Under the pieces are notes generated by a model that was not told where the DNA came from, did no database searches, and saw only the letters and a list, made by a program, of their open reading frames with translations. This document shows positions 14,498 through 28,182 of a stretch of DNA of 64,000 nt, in pieces (position 1 is the first letter of the stretch; every line of letters begins with the position of its first letter). Source of the stretch: Tubulanus polymorphus (lineage: Eukaryota > Animalia > Nemertea). A program made the position numbers and the translations under genes. The stretch lies in assembly GCF_964204645.1 (NCBI RefSeq), contig NC_134028.1, forward strand, positions 22,812,345 through 22,876,344, given 5' to 3'.

Positions 14498-17400
14498 ATG
14501 GCGGCCGCTGAAGCAGCGCGACTTCTCGATGAATTGATGGGAAGAAATCGAAATCTACCTTCCACGGACCTTAATAATTCAATCAGATGGAACGATGATG
14601 AAGTAAGTAATGATTTTGATCCAGTGAAATTTCGCTTCAATGTTTACCGTGATCTGATTCTACTTAAATTCAACTCTAAATGTTAAAATTCCGATAAAGT
14701 TTGTAGTCTGACCTCACGCCGCTTAGTTAGTCTAGTTTATCAATATCAGTTTAAAGATCAAATATGTCCTTAGATTATTTTTGCTTTCAACGCTATATAT
14801 TGTAATATGGTAATTTAAGCTGATGAACATGAAAAATTCTATCAGGAGAATTGAACTTCAACAGGGATCAAATTTGATTCAATCAGATGTGAAAAAACTT
14901 TTTTGGGATGCTTTTTTCACTTTTGGTCTTTTTTGAATTGATAGCAACTGGTCTCCATATATGACATTTGTTTCATTTTTTAATGTAATAATTTTCTTGC
15001 AGGTTTGCAAATATTATCTGGTTTCTTTTTGTCCGCATGATTTATTTGTCAATACAAAAGCCGATTTAGGTACGTTCAATTTTCCTTATATATCTGATGT
15101 AAACATCGAAAAAAGGAATTGTGAATTTAAAACAAATTGTAATTTTGATGGATTATTACGTTTGTATATTTTTAGGCCCTTGTGCAAAGTTGCATGATGA
15201 CAATCTGAAGGCAGAGTAAGTTTTGAAAGTTCCCTACCTAAAGTTTCTGGTCCTTGACAACTAAACAGGGTGGCGCCACTGACCTGGAAAACTGAGGGAG
15301 TCAAAACCTGTCAAACATAGTGAAATACTATTAACTAACGATACACTGCGCCGCGGTGTAGACGCATTATAATGGTATTCCCGTTATTCAAAACACTAGG
15401 GCGGAATTTTTCAAAATTTTCAAATTATTTCCAGCACTATAGGGTATTGATTAGTCAGCACTGAAAGCTAGATTCTCTTATTCGCTCAGGGAATTTTGTG
15501 TAATCACATAGAAAGATCAGGAATAACTCAGGGAATTTACGAGCCGTCCTTACGAAATTTTAGAATATTTGACCGAGAGGCAAGATGTCGTCGTAATGTT
15601 GATTTATTCCATTCTACTTTTTGATAAAAACTAGATACGTGAACAGTCCGCGATTCGAGAAGATGGGCTACGAGGATGAATTCCTGCGATCTCTACAGAG
15701 CATGATCAACGACGTGGAACGCCGGATCAAACGCGGACATCAGCGTTTGAATCTGAGCGGTATGGGAGGTCAATCGGTGCAGCAGACTCAGTCGTCTGCT
15801 AAAGAAGAGAAAGTGAAAATACTCACGGAACGCATTAACGAATTGATTCAAGAGGTACGACGCACTTAATTCATCGAGGTTATTAGTGACAGGCTGATCA
15901 AGGAATTCTTGCTTTCCTCGAAAAAAAACAGGGAAAAATTAGGGAATTTGAATTGTTTGATCACACCGGCTTGTTTTACTTTGTTGAGCTATTGGCTCCG
16001 TTGACCTGGAAATGGCTCGTTTCAATCGGATTACATTTGTTGCAGGCAGAAAATCTTGGTTGTGAAGGTAAAGTTGAAGAAGCGCAGGGCGTAATGAAAT
16101 TATGCGACCAGCTCACTGAAGAGCGAAGTCAAATGGAAAATGTAAGAGTATTTTTCTCTTTAGAGATGTGTGTTGATTATCGATGAAATCGGAGATTCAA
16201 AATCAAAACCCCCTCATTTTGTTCCCGGTAGATGTTTGTAAGGGATACACCAAATTACTAGAAATCAATAAACCAAATTAATAAACTGGATAACCTTCCC
16301 TATTTCGAGACTATAGCTTTTAAAATATTAAGTCCATACAATGGGATACCCACCGGCAACACCAGATGGGTTATTTGTTGTGAAAATCAGTTCATTTTCG
16401 GATGACCTTTCTAACTCGATTTTTACGCTTCCAAATCTGAATATTATCAAACAAGTCATCGGGGAGACATGAGATTCACGTTTCTCACTGAGAATCTCTC
16501 GGTGTATGGTATCCATTTCACTGAAAGTTGATTTACTAGTCCAAAATGTTGACTCAAATTTAATTGAAATGGAAATGGTAATTGAAGCGCGGTAACTCAG
16601 TGCAACTAGTGATCCTGGTCGCTGATTGTCGCTGAATCCTTGCTTGCCACCGTAGCCTTGCCATTTGTCCCATTGGCCCGTGTCTTTAGAGTTATAAGTT
16701 AAGAGTTTTACAAACTTTCATGTACATGTATTATTAATTATTACCGGTAAACGATGTATTGTAGGAGACGGTGAACACGAACATGCCGCAGATGAAAGAG
16801 ATGGAGGTGTGCGAAGTTTGCGGAGCGTTTTTAATCGTCGGAGACGCGAAACAACGAGCAGAAGAACATCTGATGGGAAAACAACATATGGGTTACGCTA
16901 AAGTTCGTAAATATGTCGCTGACGCACAGGTAAATTAAAAGTAGTTCGATACGCCGCCGCTAGATGGTGTATCGGTCGACCAGATCCTCGCCTGCCGCGG
17001 TAAGTCATTTATTAATTTGTTTTTCGTTATCCGCGCAGGATGCGAAGCGTCAAAAGGAACTCGAGCGCGAACAGATGTGGCAGAAAGAACGCGAGGCGCG
17101 CGAATTGGAACGCGAAAAGGAACGCCAGGATCGACAGCGGAAACGCGAGGAACGCGAGAAAGAGCGCCAGGAGCGGAGACGACGAAGTCGCAGTCGACAC
17201 CGATCGCACAGTCGAGAGAGACGCGGCAGACGCAGTCGCAGCAGAGATAAAGACAGGTAACTAGTTCCCTGATTCTCAAATTCGCTGCCGACTTTCAACT
17301 TCAGTCCAAACGCTAACCGAGTTCCCTGATCGTAAGCTGTTTCTCTGCACAGTAGCTTGCAGGTTGGGTGGTCACTGACTGTGAACAGCTGGAAAACTCG

Positions 17401-19003
17401 AGGAATTTGACAAACTTAACAGAAACTCTGGAAAGAGAAAATTCAGATGCTATTGACCACGTGTTTCTTCATCAATACATGAATCAATGAAAAATGAATG
17501 AATTGTTAACATTCTAAACCTAGAAATTTCTCTGATTCCCTTGGGGAATTTCGTATAATTACATGTAAATATCGAGGACGCCTCGAGGTTGTTGGCCACC
17601 CTGAAAGGTTAAGATTACCCTTACAAAAAGAAAAGAAGATTTATGCTTTAGTCGTCTGATGCTTTCAAAATGTTTGATTGAAGTGTCGGTTGTTGCAGGG
17701 TCCGATCTAAGCACTTGTCCGATTGCCCGGGACAAGTATATTATCATTTATTAAGTATTAGGTTATCATTTATCACTTGTCCCCCAGGCTAGTGCAATTT
17801 CAAGTCACGAAGCTTTTTTCCCACTTGATACAACAGATGAAAGTGCCACCAATCGGACTGCCTGTGTAGGGCAAGAAGCTTTTGGAGGGGGCAAGCAAAA
17901 TTTCAGATATGCTTGCCCCCGGGCAAGTGGTTTCATTCCTTTAGATCGGACCCTGTTGTTGATCTATCATGCGTTCTGTGTTTTTAGTAGAAGAAGAAGA
18001 GACCACGACAGGAGCAGAAGATCGCGAAGTCGAGACCGTCGACGATCGAGGAGTAGGGATCGTAGTTCTCGATCATCTCACAGCGACAAACACCAGCAGC
18101 AGCAGCGGTCGGATTCAAAACTTCGAGATCACAGCAGGGAACCTTCTAATGATGCATTCAACGGTAAGTGGAAATATATCGAGGATGAACCTATTTTAGG
18201 ATTCTAGGACAACTGCCCCCCAGACAATTGCCCCCCGAATAAAATCCTTTTTGACCACCTAACTGTTTGATTAACACCACCTAAATACTTTACTTAGAAA
18301 TTCATTTGTATATCATTGAATATAGATTTATAAGATATAGAATTACTGATGTTGTGTGCAGATCAGAAACTTTAAATAAGTCCTTGAGTAATTATAATTC
18401 ACTTAGCAAATTAAGGGAAACTTAATTAGTCCACTTATTAGTGCATTAGTTAATAGTATGACCTTAGTGTTTAGTGTTACTTTCGCCAATCAAAAACTTT
18501 AAATCAGTCCTAGAGTAATTAAATAATTGATTAGAAGTTGATATCTGAAGGTCCAAATTTCGATTTCAATTTGTGATGAATATATATCGTTTAATAAGTG
18601 AGTTTGAATCCCTCATTATTCATGCTTCACGTCTAAAACTAAAACAGTTACGGAAAGTCAGAGAATTTACCTTTCTTAAAGGTATTCAGGGAATTTTGTT
18701 TAAAAAAAAAGAAGCTATATGATAAGTCACGGGAAATTTGTTGAGTTGAAATCGGTTTCTGTCTATGTCTTACCTGATATGTATTTAACTGTGTTAATTG
18801 AATGGATTCTCAGGGAAAAAGCAGGCCAAATAAAAGTGGCCACCCTGTAGAACGAGTAAACCTAAACTAAACGTCATGTTGAAATGATTTCAGACAGCGG
18901 ACCAATGAAAGGGGCGCCGCAGCCCGGCGAAGACAAACAGGCGGACGTGTCGTCACATGATCACAGCAGCAGCGCTGTGACCGATTCTACTCAAGATCAA
19001 TGA
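14498..19003 (+). CDS. LUC7L3: Luc7-like protein 3 (U1 snRNP-associated splicing factor)
   Basis: Exons 14498-14602, 15003-15069, 15176-15215, 15635-15854, 16046-16141, 16765-16929, 17039-17256, 17988-18163, 18894-19003. Motifs: LLDELMGRNRNL; ZnF1 VCKYYLVSFCPHDLFVNTKADLGPC..LH; ZnF2 MEVCEVCGAFLIVGDA..R.EEHLMGKQHMGYAK (LUC7L3-type); RE/RS-rich tail. The last exon is less certain than the others. Confidence 0.93.
17696..17955. mobile_element. CAGGGTCCGATCTAAG-terminated MITE (~260 bp)
   Basis: TIR CAGGGTCCGATCTAA...TTAGATCGGACCCTG flanked by TTGTTG on both sides. Other copies at 48126-48388 and 60605-60848. Confidence 0.85.
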
Positions 19004-22000
19004 GGTGACTTTGAATAATTGTTTTAGAGGTAAGTGATTAATTATTGTCGCCGGTTGTATTAATCGAGTCAGTAAGATTCTAACCACTCAACATGCACGC
19101 ACGCACGCGCTGTAAAGCGATTGACAACGCGAGTTCATTCCGATTGTCTTGAAATCGGCTAGTAAGAACTCTGGTATTCAACTAAGCAGAGAAAATTACG
19201 GATTTACTTTCCGAGCGCGGAAAATCAGTGATTTCTTCAAAATCATTCATAGTAAGGTCTGAGAATTTGAATTTTTAGAGTTTTCTTGTACTTGTCGATG
19301 ACAGGTGATGCAAGGAACCTCTCGAGAACAAACCCAGCCCAAACTGAGGATATCTTATGATTTAATCAGAAAATTTTTGGTCAAGAATCAGGGGAAAATA
19401 TCAGGCAAAATTCTTTTTGAAAATCAGTGAATTTGAATACTTGGTTTTGTGTTGTTCTTGCTAGTGATAAGGTTCAAGGAACCATTTGGTAAGGAACATA
19501 CCCCACTGAAGTCTTATAATTGAATCAGAGAATATTCTTTAAAGGGTCAGGAAAATATCAGAAGATTTTGTGGATTCCCTGATTGATTGGAGAGTTCTGT
19601 ATTGTAAATCGCGCAGCGAAAGTTTTGAGTTTATTTCCAATGCTGCGTGTGTAATTGTTGTGGTAATGTTGGAATCTTGCTGCTTTAAATCTAACGCGCA
19701 TTTCTTTCAGCAAGAAAGGTGAGTGAAAACCCCCCGAAAAAAAAACAAACTAAAAACAGCATGTATAGAAAAAAGAAACGAATAAGTCTGCTCTACCGAT
19801 GTATTGTGAAATATGCAGGACCCTCGTCAATGTTTGACAAAGATTTGAAATCTAGAAATGCTTCGAATCCCGCAGACAGTCAAGATTTTCTTACATGTTC
19901 TGTCTCCCATCGCATCGTATATGGAATCTGTAATGGCGGTAAAATTGGGCTTTTTCCTGTTTTTGGCCTAAGTACAGCGAAAGCTCTGCAATTCCTTATT
20001 ACTTCAACATTTACCGAAGGCCAGTCACACATTCTATGTTTCGACTTCAGACCATCTTCGTTCTATGGCCAATCAGAGAACTTAAAACCATTTTTGGACT
20101 TTTTCTATGGAACCGGCCCCAGGTCGCGCCGACTGGCGTCATCAACAATCAACATCAGATTCTGTATACGACGCAGTCTTGCGGTGTCGATATCAAAAAC
20201 GCAGTTGTTAAAACATCTTGTCTTTTTTCGATATCCGCCGCCAAGTTTTATCGATTCGATATTTCATTGTGAAAAAAAAACGTTATGATATATTTTTTAT
20301 TCCGTGAAAAAAAAAGCGAACGGTAAATTTTCACACGTGTAACTAGCGCTAACTAATTGTATGTGTCCCAATTTGGCCTGCTGGCCGAGTAGTTATTGGT
20401 AGTCGTCACCTCGGGAGTTACGTACGTCAGAACCGACAATGAAATCTCCTCCGTAACGTGGATGTGATCATTACCAGGTATTTCTACGCTGTTTCAAAAA
20501 AAAAAAAGAAAGAAAAAACTCGTCTCTCGCCGTTTTCTATTTGTCTACACAATTATAGATTGATTTGTTTTTATGTGTGTGATGTTCGATCCTTCGTAGA
20601 GAGTTTGTTTAGTAGCCTGCGCTTGCGCTTTCTACTGTATCTCAAATACTGAGTTTTAGGAGAGTGCATATATATTATAAAAATATATATATTCGCGACA
20701 ATTAGTTTGTTTAGTATATTTCTTAAAATTACACGTATTTCGACGTACTGTCACTTTCAATACTTTAAAAAATATCGGAAGCCGGGCATTCTCACTTCGT
20801 CGACCCTTGAATTCTATATTGACACCTATATTTATGATAATGATGTGTATTTTGTTTGGAAAACGTGAAGATGAATCAAGAGTCAATAGTGTTACACACA
20901 AACTCAAGGGCAACATATGATATCAGGTATACATCGTAGATCATACAGAGCTGCCAACTGTTTCTGATTTTCAGTATGTTCGTTACGGTTTTGCCCTGAG
21001 AAGGACCGATTTGAATCGTTTGATGAATACAGAAATTTGAAATGTTACCGAGGGTCTTGCCATAGATCGCTAGTCCTTTCGAGCCTTTTCTTCCATATTT
21101 CAATAGAATGTTCCTGAAAGCACCTATTCAGAGGTTGGCAGCCCTGATTATTCATGTTATTTCGTTGATTGAAATTTTTCGGCCAAAATAAGGCAATCTT
21201 TTGATTCGATTACTCAATCCAAAATATAAGTATTAAACAGGCTGGATTTCTTATGTGTGAATCGCCTAGGTTGAGGGTTCATGTGCTGTTGCATTAGAAA
21301 TGGCCGTCAAAACTTCAGTTTCAAACGTAAACAGAAAAAAAAAACCTACAACATTCAGAGAAAACGTTTTATCAAATTTAAATGTTGTGGTATAAATATA
21401 ACGGTTATGGGTTCATACTCTCCATACTACAAACTGTTGATAATTCTACCGCGACGTTTTTAAATGTCGTACAAAAAAAAAAAATTGGATTATATCGCGG
21501 ATGAAGAGCGGATTACCTCGCCGTAACCAATGACGATGCACTCGACGACCTCTCCGCGGCGTCCGCTACTTAGACGCATCTCAAGCCGCAAAATATCGCA
21601 GGTGGGCCACACGCAATCGTACGTTGCTCGGTCGGCTGACACGGCTAATTTGTTACGTTGTTGTTACTTTTCAGTCTGCGTGACGACGAAGGAGACTCGA
21701 GACTAGCGACAGACGCACGTGGTTTTAACGGAAGAACGATGACCCACAAAGGCGCCGGTGAATGACGAAATACGAAAACGGATGAAGATGAAGCAAAACG
21801 GATATCTCATGATTGATTAAATTAATCGTAAATTTGCGGTATGAAAATTATCGGAAAAATTATGGCGAAAAAGTTGCGTCAATTTTCCCGATTGATTCAT
21901 GTCGATTCTAATTTCTGCAGGTCGTATTCTTCATTAGATTTTATAGATTACAGCGATTTAACACGTGGCGGCGATGTTTCGCGTTCTCCTATGATTTCTA

Positions 22001-22685
22001 TTTTCTTGTTTTTCCAATGTTTTATGATATCGTCGCGCGCGGTGGAGAGAAGCCGCCCGACGACGATGCCGACTCACTTTTGTATTGTAAATATTTAAAA
22101 CTGTGTTTATACAGTTGAACGAATGGAAACCTGATCAAATACCGATTATGATAGTGCAGCGTAGATCGAGTCTGTGTTTGTTAGTGTAATAAATGGCTTC
22201 ATTCTGATAAAACACTGGGAGTCAGTCGCACAGTCGTGACTTAGATCCAAGACCTTTTTCGTTTTACGACCGATTTTAAGGCCAGAGGCTAAGCTCATTT
22301 CGGTTCTACAGCTTTAAGACTTATTTGATTTTAACGCTGTCTTAGAACTTCAGTCAGGACCGTGCTACTGGGGCCTGGTGATGATTTTATTAGCGCACTA
22401 CCATTGACTCGGCATTACTCTGTTCATTAAGGCAGGATTGTAAATATTTTCGTGATATTGAAAGTTTTTGAGTTGTTTACCGAGATAGATCGAAGGAGTC
22501 CACTGTATGATGGCTATAGATAGATGGCTACACACTTGTTGGTAAACGTCAGTAATATCCCTTCAAAACATCAGCTTTTTATTAAAATGACGCAATGTTT
22601 CTGTTTCCATTCCTTTGTACGCTTTATGGCGATCATATCTTCTGTATTATAGATTGAGATTTGTATATCAGAAATCAGTAAAAAC

Positions 22686-22862
22686 CAGTACCTGTGTCCA
22701 TTGACTCTCGTAGTCTTATATACATTGTACCTGTATCCATTGACTATCTTAGTCTTATATACATTGTACCTGTATCCATTGACTCATAGCCTTGTATACA
22801 TTGTACCTGTATCCATTGACTATCTTAGTCTTATACACATTGTACTGGTTGCCATTGACTAT
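22686..22862. repeat. ~43-bp minisatellite
   Basis: ACATTGTACCTGTATCCATTGACT... about 4 times. Confidence 0.85.
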
Positions 22863-23951
22863 AAATTCTTTACATTATCCTGATGTCATTTGTAAATAAA
22901 CTCGTATTCATTTCTGTGTTAAATTTTGTGGTTTTATTTCGCTAGATTCAATACGAGGAATTGAGGATTACAGATGTTGAGGTGTCTGGTTCAGTGGTAT
23001 ATCCACTTCATATTGGATTTCTAGTGCCGTTCGAAAAATACCAAGCAAAGCTACTTAACTTCACGACTGAATCCTTAAATCTGCGAAGCCGTCATAAAGA
23101 TGCTCTGGGACCCCCTAGTCCAGTTATGACATGTACAATCGAAAACAATTCATTTACCATGAAAAGGTTTTTATTCAAAACAGCGTACCGGTATAAAGGA
23201 TACAAAAGGAAAAGGATAATAATGAATACAAAGATATAGCAGTAACAGCTGAGGAAATATCGATTGTAAAACCAACAATCGAATTGTAGGAATATACTTA
23301 GATCTAAATATACACATCTATCTATCAATCACAGATACACATACGAGTCATTTGAAAGATTAGTTAAACTATAAGAGATATAGGCCCTACCCCATTCACC
23401 AGATGATCTGGTTTGGTTTTTTCAACCAGTTTTAACTTGAACCTTGAACTCAAATGGATAAAACAGTTTGAATTGGTCTACAAAACCAGCTCTAGGGGTA
23501 TTGATAAAAAGCCCAGTTATATTTATATAGTACACCCATGAACTTGAAAAATTACTGGAATCCATGGCTTATTGTACGTGTCATGAAGGAACGCTAACAC
23601 TAACTACATTTAATAAGAAAATATGGTAAGCAATGCTTACAAATTACAAAGAACATCTATCTAATAATTAACAACTTCGGTTTATTCCTAAGGTCAGGAA
23701 AACTGGAATGTCCTTGATGATTTTATATCATTAATAATTGAACCAAAAACATACTTCAGGATGCAATTGATCCATATTTGAAATTTAACTTAAGGTTGAC
23801 TTTAACTCAAAAGTATCTGAGTCCAGGGAAACTAGAAAATCTGCTCACTTCAATCATAAGTTTTTCATATCCAATTAAATGTGAAATGACATAAATGAGG
23901 ATTGGAAATTATCTCAGAGATTCAGTAATATCAATGTTAATGATAATGTTA

Positions 23952-25935
23952 TCACAATTCATCCTTCCAGCGTTTGACGCCTTCCGATTTAGTGCAAACT
24001 CCCTGTAACGTGTGCGCGTCGTTGTAACAGAGAAAGTCCTCGAGATGCTGCCGTTCGTCGGGTTTCTGTTTGAATACGTCATACATTTCAACGTCTCCGA
24101 TTTCGCCGAGGAACTCATCGCACATATCGTGTAACCTGTAACAGATGAAAGCATATCATCTTACGTTTCAAGAAGCACCTGTCCTGTGCAGTTAGCTCAG
24201 TGGGTTGAGTGGAGGACTGGGAACCAAGAGGTCCCTAGTTTGAAACCACCTCTGGCGTTGGCGTTCGAGACACATACGTGGACTAAGCTCTGCTAACATA
24301 GTCAGGGCCCAGTTTCACAAAAAAATTTAACTCTTAAATCGATTCAATTTCATCATTAATTCAGTTAATCTTCAATCGATTTAGGCCTTAATCCTTTTTT
24401 TGTGAAACTGGACCCAGGTTGTGAGCCATAACAACCAATAGGAGGCCCTGGCCATCTCTTAAGACCCACTAGGGTTACACTGTTACTCGCAGTTGGGACG
24501 TAAAACTCTTCTTTACGAAACTAAGACCTTGTTCGTAAAGCATTTTCATCAGTGGATAACTAAAGAGTAGACTGAATTCACATGTATTTATTATTGATCC
24601 TATCAAGCCAAATGCACACAATGCAGCGAAATATTGTGTAGCAATTGCAATAAAGGGCAGTCTGGTCATGAATTAATGTACAAAAGGAGTTACGTATGTG
24701 GTTAGAGGGGGATGAATTCTGGCAGTCTTTTTTATGATATGAATTCTGGCCTAGACTGTTTTTTCAATAGGAAGGATTCTGTTGGGAGGGTTTTGACATA
24801 TTTACCTCGCTGGCCACTTGCCCCCGCCTTGCATAACAGACGGCCCTGAAGCTCTCTCCTTAAGTCCTGGTCCTGATAAATACGATACCTTCTTTATAAC
24901 CTTTACTCCATAACTATAAAATACAGGGAAAGAGAAACCTTTTAAAAAACCAGTTCATTATCAAAACCGCAAATAATCCCCTACTACATTAAATAGCCGT
25001 ATTATTAAATGTCTGTATTTTAAGTATAGCTCTAGGACAGATTTATAATGCACAAAGAGACTACTTAAATTTACCAAAGTTTTTTTGTTAGCCAAATTTT
25101 TCAATATTCACTCGACTACTTTATCATCTATATAGGCTAAACAATATCGAATAATCTTTTCCATGCTGTTTCATGCATTTTCCAAGAATCTTTGGTTTTT
25201 TTTTCAAGTCCTGCCTCAGTTCCAAAGTGAGAGTTATAATTTGACAGCTCAAGTTTACTTGAAATGAAACATTTTCGAGTCGAACTTAACCCTATTCATC
25301 CATCAACAGGACATCAACGAATAAATTAGTTAACAATAATTCTAATTAAATCCCTAAACACTGAAATCAATTCACATTTTTTACCTCTCAAATGTTTTTT
25401 TACCATTGCAAACATCTTCAACAATCTCAGTAATATCTGATTCCGGTAGATTCCCTTTCAGAGATTTCTTCAAATCGTATCCCTTTTTAAAAGCCGTGTA
25501 AAGCTGGAAGAGAGGCACAGTTAAATTGATGAACTCTGGAATTTTGACATTTTTTCAAATCCATCATAGGCTTTTCTATTTTTTCTAAATGTTCATATTG
25601 TTCACATAATTTTTTCAGATTTCCTATATTTTCAAAATTTTCGAATTAATTAAGATTGAAAATGAAAGTCATAGCTGAAACTTCACCCAATTTCCAAAAA
25701 GTCTTACCTGATAAGAAACAGCCTTGCAACCGTCACATTTCAGCTGTCCGGGCATCCACGGACTGTGAGCTTCCTCGTCATTCAAATCAGGCGGTGAAAA
25801 CGAAAGCGTTCCACTCTTCCCGTCTTCGGCTTCGTCGATATCTGCACCTCCGCCGCACGACACTTCTTGCACGCATAATAATAAGCCGGCCACAAACAAG
25901 GCTTGGAACACTTCAAATCGGGTGTGAACGGTCAT
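23952..25935 (-). CDS. MZB1: MZB1/pERp1-like (canopy/saposin-like) ER-luminal protein
   Basis: Exons 25935-25708, 25503-25385, 24913-24806 and 24135-23952 join in frame. Signal peptide; PDLNDEEAHSPWMPGQLKCDGCKAVSYQ; YGVK..LSGPGL; VMQGGGKWPARLHDMC; six Cys in the mature domain; ends WKDEL*. Confidence 0.85.
24186..24255 (+). mobile_element. tRNA-derived SINE head (degenerate) in an MZB1 intron
   Basis: A-box-like TAGCTCAGTGG and B-box-like GTTTGAAACC at tRNA-like spacing, without an intact cloverleaf. Confidence 0.5.
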
Positions 25936-26779
25936 TATGGGAGCTTTAGACTTAGAGAGCTAGAGGACGGCTGTTGATAAGATGAAGTGTGAGATGTCAC
26001 CGCGACACGGTTAAACAGCGAGTGTACACGGTTACATGTGTGATTGGGTGGGGAAACCCATTCGTCAACAATCAATCACAGCTCGCCATCTGGTGCCCAC
26101 CTGCGTAATTGACGATGCGCACTCGCTAATAGCTTCTACTCGCGTGCCAGCGTTTGCATTCAATTGAATTTTATTCACGCACCTTCATGAATGGAAATAA
26201 ACGCGCTACGAACGACTATAGACAGAACTATAGATACATTTCTATATAATAACAAGAACATTAATTGATATCATAAAGAGAACATTCGAAGCCGCTGTAT
26301 GGAAACAGGTTAAACTGCAGCTATGCAGCATGTCCCGTGAGAGGACCTGGGGCCTGTGACGGGACATCCTTGTCCCGTCACAGGTCCCGATGGAAAATGA
26401 AAACTTTGCATTTCATAGACGAAATGTCGAAAGAAACTGCACTCGATCGGTTACTATATACACTCAAAATAATGTTAAGAACATGTTAATAATCGAAATT
26501 TGTTCGTAATTTTATTATTTCAGATCAATGATATCATCAAATCGAAACATTAAATGAAATAATGAAGATCGGATCAAGAGAAAACAGAACCACAGCTATC
26601 GAAATTTAAATTTTTAGTGTATAGACTGACTCATACTATCGAAAATAAAGTGAATGTATCTTGACAATTTTGGTGCCAATGGTGTTAGTAACCGTTTGTT
26701 AAGCGTTACACTGCAAACAAAAGTAAAAGTGGAGGGGGCAACTTAATGGCCCTAGATCACTCTCGAGAGAGAGAATTCA

Positions 26780-27803
26780 AAGTGAGAGGACCCGAATCAA
26801 CACACTGTCCCGTGAGAGGACCCGATTTTTAATACTATCCCGTGAGAAGACCCGATTTTAGATACTGTCCCGTGAAAGGACCCGGTTCAACACACTGTCC
26901 CGTGAGAGGACCCGAATCAACACACTGTCCCGTGAGAGGACCCGATTTTTAATACTATCCCGTGAGAAGACCCGATTTTAGATACTGTCCCGTGAGAGGA
27001 CCCGGTTCAACACACTGTCCCGTGAGAGGACCCGATTTTAAATACTATCCCGTGAGAAGACCCGATTTTAGATACTGTCCCGTGAGAGGACCCGGTTCAA
27101 CATACTGTACCGTGAGATGACCTGATTTTAAATACCGTCTCGTGAGAGGATCCGATTCAACACACTGTCCCGTGAGAGGACCCGAATCAACTTACTGTCC
27201 CGTGAGAGGACCCGGTTCAACACACTGTCCCGTGAGAGGACCCGGTTCAACACACTGTCCCGTGAGAGGACCCGATTCAACACACTGTCCCGTGAGAGGA
27301 CCCGATTTTAAATACTGTCCCGTGAGAGGATTCGATTCAACACACTGTCCCGTGAGAGGACCCGATTTTAATAACTGTCCCGTGAGAGTTAATAACTGTC
27401 CCGTGAGAGGACTCGATTCAACGCACTGTCCCGTGAGAGGACCCGATTTTAAATACTGTCCCGTGAGAGGACCCGAATCAACTTGCTGTCCCGTGAGAGG
27501 GACCGATTTTGAATACTGTCCCGTGAGAGGGCCTGGTTTCAAATAATGTCCCGTGAGAGGACCCGATTTTAAATACTGTCCCGTGAGAGGACCCGATTCA
27601 ACACACTGTCCCGTGAGAGGACCCGATTTTAAATACTGTCCCGTGAGAGGACCCGATTTTGAATACTGTCCCGTGAGAGGACCCACTTTTAAATACTGTC
27701 CCGTGAGTGGACCCGAATCAACTTACTGTCCCGTGAGAGGACCCGATTCAACACACTGCCTCGTGAGGACCCGATTTTAAATTCTGTCCCGTGAGGGGAC
27801 CCG
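26780..27803 (+). repeat. 30-bp minisatellite, ~34 units (TGTCCCGTGAGAGGACCCG plus an 11-nt variable part)
   Basis: Directly visible tandem array. The variable part alternates among a few types (ATTTTAAATAC, GTTCAACACAC, AATCAACTTAC and others). Confidence 0.95.
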
Positions 27804-28182
27804 GTTATTCACCGACCCAATTCAAGTTGGTGAGTGGACCCGATTCGATTTCAACACGATTTCTACAAAAACTAGTTCTTGGTTAAGTTTGACATTAAAC
27901 TTGAGTTAAATTACATAATCGCGGGAAATTAACTTCGAACGTTTTTAACTACTCTGGATTGTGCTTCTACCTTTCATCGACTTGTTTAGTTTATGTGACT
28001 AGATAAATGTGTTTTGAATTGAACAGTTTTCACCCACTGACGTTGCTGGGTTATTAAGATACATATTTCACCGTTGATGGATTTGTGAATGGTACTGTTT
28101 ACAAAGTTACGCCGAAAGAGAAGCCCGATAAATGCCTATTAGATAGATATGCCGTTGTTAAATGCCATTGTATAGATATGCC

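Noticed and set aside
19719-20288. 189-aa ORF downstream of LUC7L3
   Set aside because: It starts at the GTG of a splice donor (GTGAGT) and has no recognisable domain; the composition is intron/UTR-like.
24186-24255. Possible tRNA gene
   Set aside because: The acceptor and T stems do not pair and the B box is mutated; it is better explained as a SINE head.
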